Shown: positions 37,290 to 46,724 of the stretch, piece by piece
Position numbering within the stretch: position 1 is the first letter of the stretch
How the letters are laid out: each line of letters opens with the position of its first letter
Assembly (NCBI GenBank): GCA_018262895.1
Contig: JADFDJ010000010.1
Location: 17,199 to 81,198, forward strand
From: Methanomassiliicoccus sp.
GTDB lineage: Archaea; Thermoplasmatota; Thermoplasmata; Methanomassiliicoccales; Methanomassiliicoccaceae
Length of the DNA stretch: 64,000 bases
Reading direction: 5' to 3'
Program-made: the position numbers and the translations under genes
Notes under the pieces: model-generated
The model's input: only the letters and a program-made list of their open reading frames with translations
Database searches by the model: none
What the model was told of the DNA's origin: nothing

Positions 37290-38195
37290 ATGTTGAGCAT
37301 GTCGAGGCGGAGGAAAGTGAGCGATCGCCAGGTCACAATAGGGCTCATACAGATGAGCATGGCGCAGGACCCTGAGGCCAACGTCAGCAAGGCCGTCCGT
37401 ATGATAAGGGAGGCCGCACGCAGAGGCGCTGAGGTCGTGTGCCTGCCCGAGCTCTTCACAACCCCATACTTCCCTCAGTACGACATCTCTGATGGGCGAG
37501 GCCGGGAGCTCGCCCCTCATGAGGCCATACCTGGTCCCTCTACCGTGGCCCTCTCCAAGGCGGCCGTCGAGTCCGCGGCCATCGTGATAGGTGGGTCCCT
37601 CTACGAGGAGGACGGTGATCGCCTCTTCAACACCTCTCCTGTACTTGATCGGAAGGGGCGCCTTCTGGGCAAGTATCGCAAGACCCACATCCCCCATGAC
37701 GAAAACTTCTTCGAGCAAAGCTTCTTTGACCCCGGCGATACCGGGTTCCAGGTCTTTGGGACCGCTCTTGGCCGCATCGGAGTGCTCATCTGCTATGACC
37801 AGTGGTACCCGGAGGCGGCGCGCTCCGTGGCCCTCATGGGCGCGGAGATGGTGTTCTATCCCACGGCCATCGGGACGGTCCGGGGAATAGAGCAGTGGGA
37901 GGGGGACTGGCAGATGGCCTGGGAGAACGTGATGCGTGGCCATGCCATCGCCAACGGTATGGTGGTGGCGGCCTGCAACCGGGTGGGGAGCGAGGGGAGG
38001 ATGGACTTCTGGGGAGGGAGCTTCGTGATCGATGCCTTCGGCAAGACCCTTTCCCGGGGCTCCTCCGAGGAGGAGATAATCCTCGCCGATGTTGACCTGG
38101 AGCACGGTGAGAACGTCCGCCAGGGCTGGAGGTTCTTCCCCAACCGCCGGCCCGAATGCTACGGCAAGCTCACGGAACCCTTGAAGAGGGAATGA
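37290..38195 (+). CDS. aguB: carbon-nitrogen hydrolase, N-carbamoylputrescine amidase-like
   Basis: Nitrilase-superfamily E-K-C triad contexts (CLPELF, YRKTHIP, VLICYDQWYPE). Immediately followed by an agmatine deiminase gene. Confidence 0.8.
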   Translation: MLSMSRRRKVSDRQVTIGLIQMSMAQDPEANVSKAVRMIREAARRGAEVVCLPELFTTPYFPQYDISDGRGRELAPHEAIPGPSTVALSKAAVESAAIVIGGSLYEEDGDRLFNTSPVLDRKGRLLGKYRKTHIPHDENFFEQSFFDPGDTGFQVFGTALGRIGVLICYDQWYPEAARSVALMGAEMVFYPTAIGTVRGIEQWEGDWQMAWENVMRGHAIANGMVVAACNRVGSEGRMDFWGGSFVIDAFGKTLSRGSSEEEIILADVDLEHGENVRQGWRFFPNRRPECYGKLTEPLKRE

Positions 38196-38211
38196 TCTAG
38201 GAGGATGCATC

Positions 38212-39294
38212 ATGGAAAAGACGACCCCTAGGAACCTGGACTACTACATGCCCCCTGAATGGGCCAAGCACGAAGCTACCTGGCTCTCCTGGCCAAAGAA
38301 CCCCTTGACCTTCCCCGGTGACGTGCTGCAAGGGGTCGAGGACACCTACGTCCAGATGATCGCCGCCCTCAGCACGGGGGAGAAGGTCAAGCTCCTTGTG
38401 AACGATGAGCTGATGGAGGAGCGGGCACGCAAGCGTCTGAAAGGGGGGGACGTGAACATGGAGAACGTGCTGTTCCTGCGCATCCCCAGCGCCGACGTGT
38501 GGATCCGAGACTACGGGCCCACCTTCCTTCTGAACCAGAAGCGCCCGTGGAAGGCTGGGGTGAAGTGGAGGTTCAACGCCTGGGGCGGGAAGTACGATGA
38601 TCTCATCTACGACGACCGGACGGGAGAGGACATCGTTCTGAGCGCCCGGGTCAAGGTCTTCCGTCCCGGGATCGTCATGGAGGGCGGGTCCATAGATGTG
38701 AACGGACGGGGAGTGGTGCTCACCACCGAGCAGTGCCTCCTCAACCCCAACCGCAACCCGCATCTCTCCAGGGAGGACATAGAGACCTACCTGGAACAGT
38801 ACCTCAACATCAACCAGGTGGTGTGGCTGAGATCAGGTATAGAGGGCGATGATACCGATGGTCACGTCGACGACTTCGCCCGCTTCGTGGGACCGGAGAC
38901 GGTTGTGTGCGCCCATTCCGAGACGGGCGGTGGGCATAACCCTCAAGTGCTCAAGGCCAACCTAGACATCCTCACCGACTACCGCGATCAGTACGGGCGG
39001 CCGCTAGAGGTGCTGACGCTCCCCATGCCTGAGCCCATACCCCTTCCTGAGGAGGAGCGGGTGCTGCCAGCCAGCTACGCCAACTTCTACATCGGCAACG
39101 ACGTTGTGCTCGTACCGGTGTTCGACGATCCCCACGACCAGGAGGCGGTCAGACTGCTGGAGCGATGCTTTCCCGGGCGCAGGACGGTGCCCATACAGGC
39201 CCGTGACCTGGTGTACGGTTACGGCGGGTTCCACTGTGCCACCCAGCAGGAACCGGCCGTTGACCACAAGCTCTTCGAGGGCCAGCTGAAGTGA
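38212..39294 (+). CDS. aguA: agmatine deiminase (PAD_porph family)
   Basis: MPPEWAKHEATWLSWP, DVWIRDYGP, DTDGHVDDFARF and catalytic Cys context GGFHCATQQ. Confidence 0.88.
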   Translation: MEKTTPRNLDYYMPPEWAKHEATWLSWPKNPLTFPGDVLQGVEDTYVQMIAALSTGEKVKLLVNDELMEERARKRLKGGDVNMENVLFLRIPSADVWIRDYGPTFLLNQKRPWKAGVKWRFNAWGGKYDDLIYDDRTGEDIVLSARVKVFRPGIVMEGGSIDVNGRGVVLTTEQCLLNPNRNPHLSREDIETYLEQYLNINQVVWLRSGIEGDDTDGHVDDFARFVGPETVVCAHSETGGGHNPQVLKANLDILTDYRDQYGRPLEVLTLPMPEPIPLPEEERVLPASYANFYIGNDVVLVPVFDDPHDQEAVRLLERCFPGRRTVPIQARDLVYGYGGFHCATQQEPAVDHKLFEGQLK

Positions 39295-39376
39295 TCGATT
39301 CACCTCGATAGAAGGGGCCTCGGGGACCGTTCGCTCCAGAAGGCAGCGGGCTTCGGGCGGACCGCCCCCGGACGAT

Positions 39377-40018
39377 CTAGCTCTGAGCCCTAGCTTTGCC
39401 GGTCTTGGCCCTGAGGACAAGCTCCCTCATCGACCTGGCCGCCGCTTCCACGTCATCGGCCCCCAGGACGGCGGATATCACGGCTACACCGTCCGCGCCC
39501 GCTGCCACCACCTCCATGACGTTGCCTTCGTTCACGCCGCCGATGGCGATCACCGGTAGCCTCACGGCCGCTTTGATCTCGCTCAGCACCTCCAGGCCGT
39601 GGCCCGGTCCGGCATCGTCCTTCGTGGGCGTGGAGAAGACTGGACTGAGGGCGATATAGTCGGCGCCGTCCCTTTCCGCGGCCAGGGCCTCCTCCACCGA
39701 TCCCACTGAGACCCCTATGATGAACGATGGCGGGGAGAGGGAGCGCGCGGCGGCCACGGGAAGATCGTCCTGGCCTAGGTGGACGCCGTCCGCCCCGGCC
39801 GCCAGCGCGATGTCCAGCCTGTCGTTGACGATGAACATGGCCCTGGACGAGCGGACGAGGGAGCCCATGTCCTTGGCCAGGGCATATAGGTCGTGACCGG
39901 ACAGTGCCTTGTCTCGCAGCTGGATCACATCCGCACCCCCGGCCAGGGCCGCCCTGACCATGGATATGTGGTCACGGCCGCGGGACGCCTGACGATCGGT
40001 GACGATGTACAGCTCCAT
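39377..40018 (-). CDS. thiE: thiamine-phosphate synthase
   Basis: MELYIVTD..., VIQLRDK, GADGVHLGQDD, FSTPTK and VIAIGGV. The 452-aa track ORF (to 40735) is this gene plus a Gly/Arg/Pro-rich shadow extension across thiM. Confidence 0.88.
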   Translation of the reverse strand: MELYIVTDRQASRGRDHISMVRAALAGGADVIQLRDKALSGHDLYALAKDMGSLVRSSRAMFIVNDRLDIALAAGADGVHLGQDDLPVAAARSLSPPSFIIGVSVGSVEEALAAERDGADYIALSPVFSTPTKDDAGPGHGLEVLSEIKAAVRLPVIAIGGVNEGNVMEVVAAGADGVAVISAVLGADDVEAAARSMRELVLRAKTGKARAQS

Positions 40019-40026
40019 CTTGCTGA

Positions 40027-40827
40027 TCAAGGCTCCCTCACCCTTGCACCGTCGATCAGGTCGTTTGGCGTCAAGGACGCGACCTCGTCGAGCATCATGA
40101 TCTTGAAGGAGCATGGGGACGAGGTCTTGACCGCTGCGCGCTCCCCGGCGATCCCGAACGCGGCCAGGGCGGCAGCTGAGGACAGCACGCGGTCCTCGGA
40201 AGCAGCGGCGAACGCCGCCACGAGGGACGAGGCCATGCAGCCGGTGCCAGATATCCTTCCCATGAGCTCGTGGCCGTTGTCCACCAGGAGTGTGTCCTGC
40301 CCGTCGGTGACTATGTCGGTGGCCCCGCTCATCACCACCACCGCCCCCGTACCCCTGGCCAGCGAACGGGAGGCCGTTATGGGGTCTCCGGTCATGCCAT
40401 TGGAGTCCACACCTCTGACGCTGCCTCCCACTCCCGCGAGGGTCCCTATCTCTCCCGCATTTCCCTTGATGATGTCGACGTGGAGGTCCCGCAGAAGTTC
40501 CTGCGCCGTCTCGGTGCGGTACCTTGTCGCCCCTGCCCCGACAGGGTCCAGGATGATCGGGATCTTCAGCTCGTTGGCCCGGCGGCCGGCGAGGACCATG
40601 GAGTCCACCTGTTCCTTCCGGAGGGTACCGATGTTCAGCACCAGTGCTCCGGCCATGGAGACCATCTCCGCTACCTCCTCCGGTGCCTCGGCCATGACCG
40701 GGGCCGCCCCTATGAACATCGTGATGTTGGCACAATCGTTTACCGTGACATAGTTGGTGATGTGATGGACCAGTGGCCGCTTCTCCTTCAAACTAGCTAG
40801 GGCTCCTGAAAGCGCTGTCTTATCCAT
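40027..40827 (-). CDS. thiM: hydroxyethylthiazole kinase
   Basis: [32 protein letters not shown] and GTGCM motifs. ATG at 40827 (MDKTALSG) is preferred over the track start at 40938. Confidence 0.88.
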   Translation of the reverse strand: MDKTALSGALASLKEKRPLVHHITNYVTVNDCANITMFIGAAPVMAEAPEEVAEMVSMAGALVLNIGTLRKEQVDSMVLAGRRANELKIPIILDPVGAGATRYRTETAQELLRDLHVDIIKGNAGEIGTLAGVGGSVRGVDSNGMTGDPITASRSLARGTGAVVVMSGATDIVTDGQDTLLVDNGHELMGRISGTGCMASSLVAAFAAASEDRVLSSAAALAAFGIAGERAAVKTSSPCSFKIMMLDEVASLTPNDLIDGARVREP

Positions 40828-41016
40828 GATTATTCCACCAGTATCGGGGACCGGCATCGTTACGGCCGGCCCACGACCAGATGCGTAGGATAGTGGAACG
40901 ATATAAAAGAGCATTCGGGTGGGGCCGGGATGGTCCATGGCACCACATCAACATCAATGTCGGGTACACAAGTTCATGTTCTCCAAGCAGTTATAAGCTG
41001 CAGGGGTGCCACCGCC

Positions 41017-41271
41017 ATGGACAAGAGGACAGTGCTGCGTGGAGGCCTTACCAGGCAGGAGTTCGACAGCCTGAGGGAGGACATTAGGCAGCTGTTCAGT
41101 GATCATCCCCGGGCCGAGCTCACCATCCTGCTGCTCGACGAGGAGGGCCACCGTACTGAGGACCTTGAGAGCGCCCGCCGCTATGGTCTGGTAATCTATG
41201 AGGACGATATCCTTATCCACGAGGAGCTGGGGGATGTGGTTGAAGGAGTTCTCTCCCGAGCGGACATCTGA
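41017..41271 (+). CDS. small acidic hypothetical protein (about 84 aa)
   Basis: ORF with coding-like GC3 bias (MDKRTVLRGGLTRQEFDSLREDIRQLF...). Divergent from thiM. No family recognised. The track start at 40930 is an extension. Confidence 0.4.
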   Translation: MDKRTVLRGGLTRQEFDSLREDIRQLFSDHPRAELTILLLDEEGHRTEDLESARRYGLVIYEDDILIHEELGDVVEGVLSRADI

Positions 41272-41450
41272 CCGTGCGCGCCGGCCTCGACGGTGAGCTT
41301 GTACCTGAGTTGTTTTTTGATGGCATCTCTAGGTCATCCCTCCCTGCCATCACCCAGGCCCTCCTGCTTAAGACCGAGGACCAATCGAACCTCGGCTAAT
41401 GTTCGCGCAAAGGGTATTAAGAGCATAGCCGTCATGGACGGAAAAACACT

Positions 41451-42530
41451 GTGATCGGGATGAACGAGGGCAACTCCGGGTTGGATGCAATGTTCGCTGG
41501 CAATTCACCGCTGGCCAAACTTCAGGCCTCATATTTTGAGCATGCCTCCGCCTTCCGGCTGCAGATCGAGGTTACCTCTACCTGCTCCGCCGATTGCACG
41601 TACTGCTATGCGAAAAGGTCCTCCAAGGGCGAGCCCCTCACCGTGCGGGAGATTAAGGAGCTGCTGCGAAGAGCCGCCTCCCTGGGCATCATGCATGTGG
41701 ACTGGATGGGCGGGGACCCCTTGGAACGCCCTGACTGGATCCAGCTACTTCAGGCCGCGCGGTACAACGGGTTGACCAACAACCTGTGGACGAGCGGCTC
41801 ACGCCTCAACGATGTGGGCACGGCCAAGTGGGTGGTGGACCTCACAGAGGGCGGCTACGTGATGGTACACCTCGACTCCCTCGATCCCGAGGTCCTACGG
41901 TCGATGCGTTCTTCGTACAACCCCGCTACGATGAGGGACACCTTCCGGGGAGTGGAGCTGCTGCAGGACATCGGGAAGCCACCTGCAGAGATCGGGAACC
42001 TCCTCATGCTCACGTCGGCGCAGGGACTTCAGGACGTCAAGGAGACCATGAGCGTGCTGTATGAAAAGTATGGAATGAGGACCTGCCTCATGTCCCTGAA
42101 ACCGGTCGACGGGTCAGGCGAGATGGGTGCCATGCTCCCCTCGCCGGACACGGTCAGCGCCGCCTATCGCTACCGGGACTCGCTCTTCCTTCCAGGACAC
42201 ACCATGGGCTGCCAGGACTTCCCCCGGGAGTACTGCGGCACCACGGTCTTCATCTCCCTGGACGGGGCGGTCTCCTCCTGCTACTCCCTGCGTCGGGAGC
42301 TGGGCTCGGTCCGGGAACAGGACCTGGGGGACATCATGATGAACGGATCCTCCTCCCTATTCTTCAACGAGTTCCGCAAGGGGGCGGGACAGATGGTGTG
42401 CCGGTCCTGCGATAAGAAGATCTGCTGGGGGTGCAGGGCCAATGCCTTCTACTTCGGGGAAGGAGCTGATTCCCGGGACCCCCTGTGCTCCAACGATCCT
42501 GGCCTGGCCAGAATGGACCTGCCGCACTAG
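41451..42530 (+). CDS. radical SAM protein with C-terminal SPASM/twitch-type auxiliary cluster domain
   Basis: CxxxCxxC in EVTSTCSADCTYCYAKR, and GGDPLERPDW. The C-terminal Cys pattern (CQDFPREYCGTTVFISLDGAVSSC...CRSCDKKICWGCRANAF...DPLC) is SPASM-like. Confidence 0.8.
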   Translation: MIGMNEGNSGLDAMFAGNSPLAKLQASYFEHASAFRLQIEVTSTCSADCTYCYAKRSSKGEPLTVREIKELLRRAASLGIMHVDWMGGDPLERPDWIQLLQAARYNGLTNNLWTSGSRLNDVGTAKWVVDLTEGGYVMVHLDSLDPEVLRSMRSSYNPATMRDTFRGVELLQDIGKPPAEIGNLLMLTSAQGLQDVKETMSVLYEKYGMRTCLMSLKPVDGSGEMGAMLPSPDTVSAAYRYRDSLFLPGHTMGCQDFPREYCGTTVFISLDGAVSSCYSLRRELGSVREQDLGDIMMNGSSSLFFNEFRKGAGQMVCRSCDKKICWGCRANAFYFGEGADSRDPLCSNDPGLARMDLPH

Positions 42531-43276
42531 TCGTAGAGGGTGGGCTCAAGGACGAACTTGCAGTAGTTGCTCTTTATCCCGAAGCACTCTGACTGGGTAA
42601 CCCTCAGGGGTACGCCCGTGAGGCTGTCGAACACAGCTTCCAGTATGCCCTCGTTCAATATGCACAGGGTCTTTCCCACGTCCGGTACGTCGGACATGTC
42701 GTAGTCGTCCTTGACTATAAGGGTCAGCGGTACCAGGGAGTACACGTTCAGCTCTCCCAGGTCATGCTGGGAGAAGAACTCCTTCACCTCATCGATGAGG
42801 CCCTTTACATCGGTCGACCTCATGTGCCTGGACATCGCCGTTCCGATCTGCCGGCCAATGTCCTTGAGCACCGGGTCCATGTTAAGGCCGATGGCCTCGA
42901 CCCCGATGACCAGCGCCCTGATCTCCCCCTTCAGGAACTTGGCCGGCGAGCCGATGCTCTTGTCGATGATGCTCCCTATGGCCCTGGTGAGGTCCTCCCT
43001 GGGCACAACAGAACTGCCCACGGGCTTGGACACCAGGTAGAAGATCTTACGGCGGTTGTCGGTGGGATCGTCTCTCGATGCCACCAGCCCCTCCTTCACC
43101 ATCTTGTCAAGGTGCACCGACAGTGTGGACTGGGCCTTTCCAGTGAGCTGGGCGATCTCGGACAGGCTTAGGTCCCGCCTCTGGAGCTCACTGAGGATCT
43201 TCTGTCGAACCGGGTTGGAGATCTGCTTCAGCCCGGAGCTGGTAGAATACACATCTAGGGCGGAGCTTTTCTTCAT
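42527..43276 (-). CDS. ArsR-type wHTH regulator fused to a V4R-like (4-vinyl reductase) small-molecule-binding domain
   Basis: N-terminus (NPVRQKILSELQRRDLSLSEIAQLTGKAQSTLSVHLDKMVKEGLV). C-terminus with the V4R-like Cys pattern (CILNEGILEAVF...ECFG...CKFVL). Its 3' end overlaps the radical SAM gene by 4 nt in convergent orientation. Confidence 0.7.
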   Translation of the reverse strand: MKKSSALDVYSTSSGLKQISNPVRQKILSELQRRDLSLSEIAQLTGKAQSTLSVHLDKMVKEGLVASRDDPTDNRRKIFYLVSKPVGSSVVPREDLTRAIGSIIDKSIGSPAKFLKGEIRALVIGVEAIGLNMDPVLKDIGRQIGTAMSRHMRSTDVKGLIDEVKEFFSQHDLGELNVYSLVPLTLIVKDDYDMSDVPDVGKTLCILNEGILEAVFDSLTGVPLRVTQSECFGIKSNYCKFVLEPTLYD

Positions 43277-43389
43277 GTGGTCAATGGACTAAATTGCTCC
43301 GTGCGTATTAAGTCTTAGCGAATGTTCGGTTAACGGCCGTTATGCCAATGGTTTTGTATAGCGGATTGGAATGACTTCTGGGTCTGACT

Positions 43390-44412
43390 ATGAGAGTGGT
43401 TAACGGCGAGCAGAGCATGGATACCAGGGCGGTATGGTTCGAGAACGGCAAGGTCCGGATGATAGACCAGCGCCTGATACCCCAGCGATTCCAGGTCATA
43501 GATCTCCAGGACCACATGGGTGTGGCCGAGGCCATAAGGAACATGACGGTCAGGGGTGCCCCGTCCATAGGGGCAGCGGCGGCCTACGGCATGGCGTTGG
43601 CGGCACGCAACGGGGTGGACCTCGGCACAGCCGCGGTGGAGCTAAAGGGAACGCGGCCCACGGCCTACGACCTGTTCTACGCGGTGGACCACATGGTGGC
43701 CATGCTGGAGCGGGGCGATGATCCCGTCCAGGCGGCCGATGGCTACGCCGACCAGGTGGTGGAGAGATGCCGCCTCATCGGGGAATATGGGGCCGAACTC
43801 ATCAAGGACGAGAACAACATCATGACCCACTGCAACGCGGGTGCCCTGGCCACGGTGGACATCGGGACCGCCCTCGCTCCCATCCGCACGGCCTGGCACC
43901 GGGGACGGCGCATCTATGTCTACGTTTCCGAGACCCGGCCCCGCCTCCAGGGGATGAGGCTCACCGCCTGGGAGCTGTACAACGAGGGCATCCCCCACTC
44001 CATTATCGTGGACGGTGCGGCCGGCCATTACCTGAGGAAGGATGTGAACCTGGTCATCGTGGGCGCGGACCGTATCGCCGCCAATGGGGACTTCGCCAAC
44101 AAGATAGGCACCTTCGACAAGGCCGTGCTCTGCCGCGAGCTGGCCGTTCCCTTCTACGTGGCCGCGCCCATATCCACCTTCGACTTCTCCATCTCCACGG
44201 GCAACGATATTGTCATCGAGGACCGCTCCGAGGACGAGGTCACTCAAGTAGGGGCAGAAAGGCTCGCTCCAGAGGGTTCGCCCGCCCTCAACCCATCGTT
44301 CGACATGACCCCCGCGATGTACGTGACCGGCTTCATAACCGAGGTGGGGATATTACCTCCGGCGGAGATAGAGCGGGTCCGCAAGGCCCAGGTCACGGGG
44401 GATGAGCTTTGA
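43390..44412 (+). CDS. mtnA: S-methyl-5-thioribose-1-phosphate isomerase (eIF-2B alpha/beta/delta-like family)
   Basis: N-terminal signature (AVWFENGKVRMIDQRLIPQRFQVIDL), VRGAPSIGAAAAYG, THCNAGALAT and VGADRIAANGDFANKIGT. Confidence 0.85.
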   Translation: MRVVNGEQSMDTRAVWFENGKVRMIDQRLIPQRFQVIDLQDHMGVAEAIRNMTVRGAPSIGAAAAYGMALAARNGVDLGTAAVELKGTRPTAYDLFYAVDHMVAMLERGDDPVQAADGYADQVVERCRLIGEYGAELIKDENNIMTHCNAGALATVDIGTALAPIRTAWHRGRRIYVYVSETRPRLQGMRLTAWELYNEGIPHSIIVDGAAGHYLRKDVNLVIVGADRIAANGDFANKIGTFDKAVLCRELAVPFYVAAPISTFDFSISTGNDIVIEDRSEDEVTQVGAERLAPEGSPALNPSFDMTPAMYVTGFITEVGILPPAEIERVRKAQVTGDEL

Positions 44413-45038
44413 TGGACGAGGGCAGGGGCAGGAGGGACCTCGCCGAGATAGCGCGCCTTTCCTATGAACGGCGCCTCACCTTCGGATCGGGAGGCAACCT
44501 CAGCCTCCGCTTGGAAGAGCGCACCATCCTGATCACGCCATCGGGCACCATAAAGGGGCTCCTCTCCCCGGAACAGATGATCAGGGTGGACCTGGAGACG
44601 GGCAAGGCTGAGGGCGGAAGGCCCTCCATGGAGACGCCTTTCCACACCGGGCTCTACCGTGCCCGCCCGGACGTGGGAGCGGTGGTGCATCTGCACCCGC
44701 CCTCCTGCACCACCATGGCGCTGCTGGGCTGGGAGCTGCGGCCGGCCATAACTCCGGAGGGCGTCCTTGTCCTGGGGCCAAAGGTGCCCATGATCGGCTA
44801 CGCCACCCCGGGATCGGCGGAGCTGGCGAACAATGTCGTCACCGGCCTGGCGAAGGACAACGCCGCGCTGCTTAGGAGCCATGGGGCGCTGGCTGTGGGA
44901 AGGGATATCATGGAGGCCTTCTCCCGCATGGAGACGATGGAGTACATCGCCTTCCTTCAACTGAGGTGCGAGGAGCTGGGAGACCTTCCTGACCTGCCCC
45001 CTGAGGAAGTGGCCAGGATGGCATCCAAACATTCATGA
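44409..45038 (+). CDS. class II aldolase/adducin-family protein (MtnB- or fuculose-phosphate-aldolase-like)
   Basis: GSGGNLSLRL, ITPSG, PSMETPFHTGLY, VVHLHPP and HGALAVG. Overlaps the mtnA stop by 4 nt. Confidence 0.8.
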   Translation: MMDEGRGRRDLAEIARLSYERRLTFGSGGNLSLRLEERTILITPSGTIKGLLSPEQMIRVDLETGKAEGGRPSMETPFHTGLYRARPDVGAVVHLHPPSCTTMALLGWELRPAITPEGVLVLGPKVPMIGYATPGSAELANNVVTGLAKDNAALLRSHGALAVGRDIMEAFSRMETMEYIAFLQLRCEELGDLPDLPPEEVARMASKHS

Positions 45039-45061
45039 GCCGATAAGGAGTGGGGTGCGAG

Positions 45062-46195
45062 ATGATCCTGGTCACGAAGTGGTTCGGCGTGTTTTTGGTT
45101 GACAAGGAGAAGGAGCAGGTGGTCCGCCACCTCCTGTTCGAGAAGGAACCCAAGGCCATAGCCGCCAAGCTGGCGCTCGTGCAGAAGGGTGAGGTTCTTC
45201 CCGAGGAGAGGAAGCTCGCTCAGAAGAGGATGCGGGTGGCCGAGCCTCGACTGTCCTCCTTGGGAAAGCCCGAGGTGGTGGACACGGCGTTCATCAAACC
45301 GGTGGACTACGGATTCTCGCCCCAGCTCATGCAGAAGGTCATGGTCGAGCTCGGTAAGATCAGGACCAGGGAACCGCTGCCAGCAGACCGTTTCATAGTC
45401 CAGGCCGTGCGGGCCTTGGACGATACCATCGAGATGATCAACCTCATGAGCGAGAGGTTGCATGAGTGGTACGGCCTCCACTTCCCGGAGCTGGCCGACT
45501 ATGCGCGGGAGGAGAGGTACGTCAAGCTCATCTCCGAGAAGGGGGTCCGCGATGCCATACTTGACGCTCTCGATCTCCAGCTGGAGTCGGTGGGATCAGA
45601 GCTGGAGGACAAGGACCTGGATGTGGTCCAGAGGTTCGCCACCACCCTACTGTCCCTGTACGAGGAGAAGGAGCGCCTGGAGATGTACATCGCAGAGCGC
45701 ATGCAGGAGGCCGCTCCCAACCTCACATCTGTGGTGGGGGCAAGCCTGGGTGCCCGTCTCATTTCCATCGCCGGGGGGCTGAAGAGGCTTTCCCAGATGC
45801 CGGCGGGCACCGTGCAGCTGCTGGGTGCGGAGAAGGCCTTGTTCGCCCACCTCAAGCAGGGAAAGAGGCCGCCCAAGCATGGGGTCATATTCCAGCACCC
45901 TACGGTGCACCGGGCTCCATACTGGCAGCGAGGTAAGATCTCCCGAACCATGGGCGGGAAGCTGTCCATCGCCTCCCGGGTGGACTACTACAAGGGCGCC
46001 TTCGTGGGAGACCAGCTCAACGCGGACATCGCCCGGCGGGTGGAGGAGATAATAAGGAAGTACCCTGAGCCGCCCCCGAAGGAGCGCCGTGCCCCCCGAC
46101 AGGATGCTCCTCCCCGCCGCAGCCCCCGCCCCCCACAGAGGGAAGGGCAGAGGGGGGCAGGGGGCCGCCCGCGGTGGAGCGGAAAGAGAAGGTGA
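45062..46195 (+). CDS. nop5: C/D box sRNP protein Nop56/58 (Nop5)
   Basis: Nop domain (AAPNLTSVVGASLGARLISIAGGLKRLSQMPAGTVQLLGAEKALF...HGVIFQHP) and a basic Pro/Arg-rich C-terminal tail. AAGGAG lies 12 nt upstream of ATG at 45062. Confidence 0.9.
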   Translation: MILVTKWFGVFLVDKEKEQVVRHLLFEKEPKAIAAKLALVQKGEVLPEERKLAQKRMRVAEPRLSSLGKPEVVDTAFIKPVDYGFSPQLMQKVMVELGKIRTREPLPADRFIVQAVRALDDTIEMINLMSERLHEWYGLHFPELADYAREERYVKLISEKGVRDAILDALDLQLESVGSELEDKDLDVVQRFATTLLSLYEEKERLEMYIAERMQEAAPNLTSVVGASLGARLISIAGGLKRLSQMPAGTVQLLGAEKALFAHLKQGKRPPKHGVIFQHPTVHRAPYWQRGKISRTMGGKLSIASRVDYYKGAFVGDQLNADIARRVEEIIRKYPEPPPKERRAPRQDAPPRRSPRPPQREGQRGAGGRPRWSGKRR

Positions 46196-46328
46196 CGAAC
46201 CCCTGCGCTTCAATCACCGATGATCGCCCTCCGAGCCTTCCTTCAGGAGGGCTGGAACGTTCTTTATGGCTCAATCGCACATAAGCAAAATATATAAGCA
46301 GTGGGGGATTTCCCTCATATGATATATT

Positions 46329-46712
46329 ATGTGGACTCAGGCTGAGGTAAGGGAGCTCAAGGTCGGCCGCTATATGCTTATCGACGATGAACCCTGTAAG
46401 ATATTATCTATTGACACTTCCAAGCCCGGTAAGCACGGCGAGGCCAAGAGCCGGATCGATGCTGTCGGCCTGTACGATGGGAAGAAGCGCAGCGTGGTGC
46501 ACCCGGTCAAGCATAAGGTCCAGGTCCCCATGATCGACAAGAGGAAGGGGCAGATCTTGCACATATCCGGCGATGAGGCCCAGATGATGGACCTGGAGAC
46601 CTTCGAGCAGTTCTCGCTTCCCATCGATGAGGAGCTGCGGGGACAGATCAACGCCGGGGACGAGGTCCTTTACATGGTGGCCATGGGCAAGCGAAAGATC
46701 ACCAAGGTCTGA
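46329..46712 (+). CDS. eif5a: translation initiation factor 5A (aIF5A)
   Basis: Hypusination loop [14 protein letters not shown]. 127 aa with an OB-fold C-terminal half. Confidence 0.92.
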   Translation: MWTQAEVRELKVGRYMLIDDEPCKILSIDTSKPGKHGEAKSRIDAVGLYDGKKRSVVHPVKHKVQVPMIDKRKGQILHISGDEAQMMDLETFEQFSLPIDEELRGQINAGDEVLYMVAMGKRKITKV

Positions 46713-46724
46713 GAAGGTAGCCTC

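Noticed and set aside
39377-40735. 452-aa track ORF apparently spanning thiE and most of thiM.
   Set aside because: Only the last 213 codons (from ATG at 40018) look like ThiE. The first ~240 codons are Gly/Arg/Pro-rich and overlap the genuine thiM frame (40027-40827).
40828-41016. TPP riboswitch upstream of thiM (Thermoplasmata are known to have THI-box elements).
   Set aside because: The leader lacks the conserved CUGAGA and ACCUGAUCUGGAUAAUGCCAGCG-type cores. Only a short GC hairpin and a GGTGG Shine-Dalgarno are visible. A covariance-model scan would be the decisive test.
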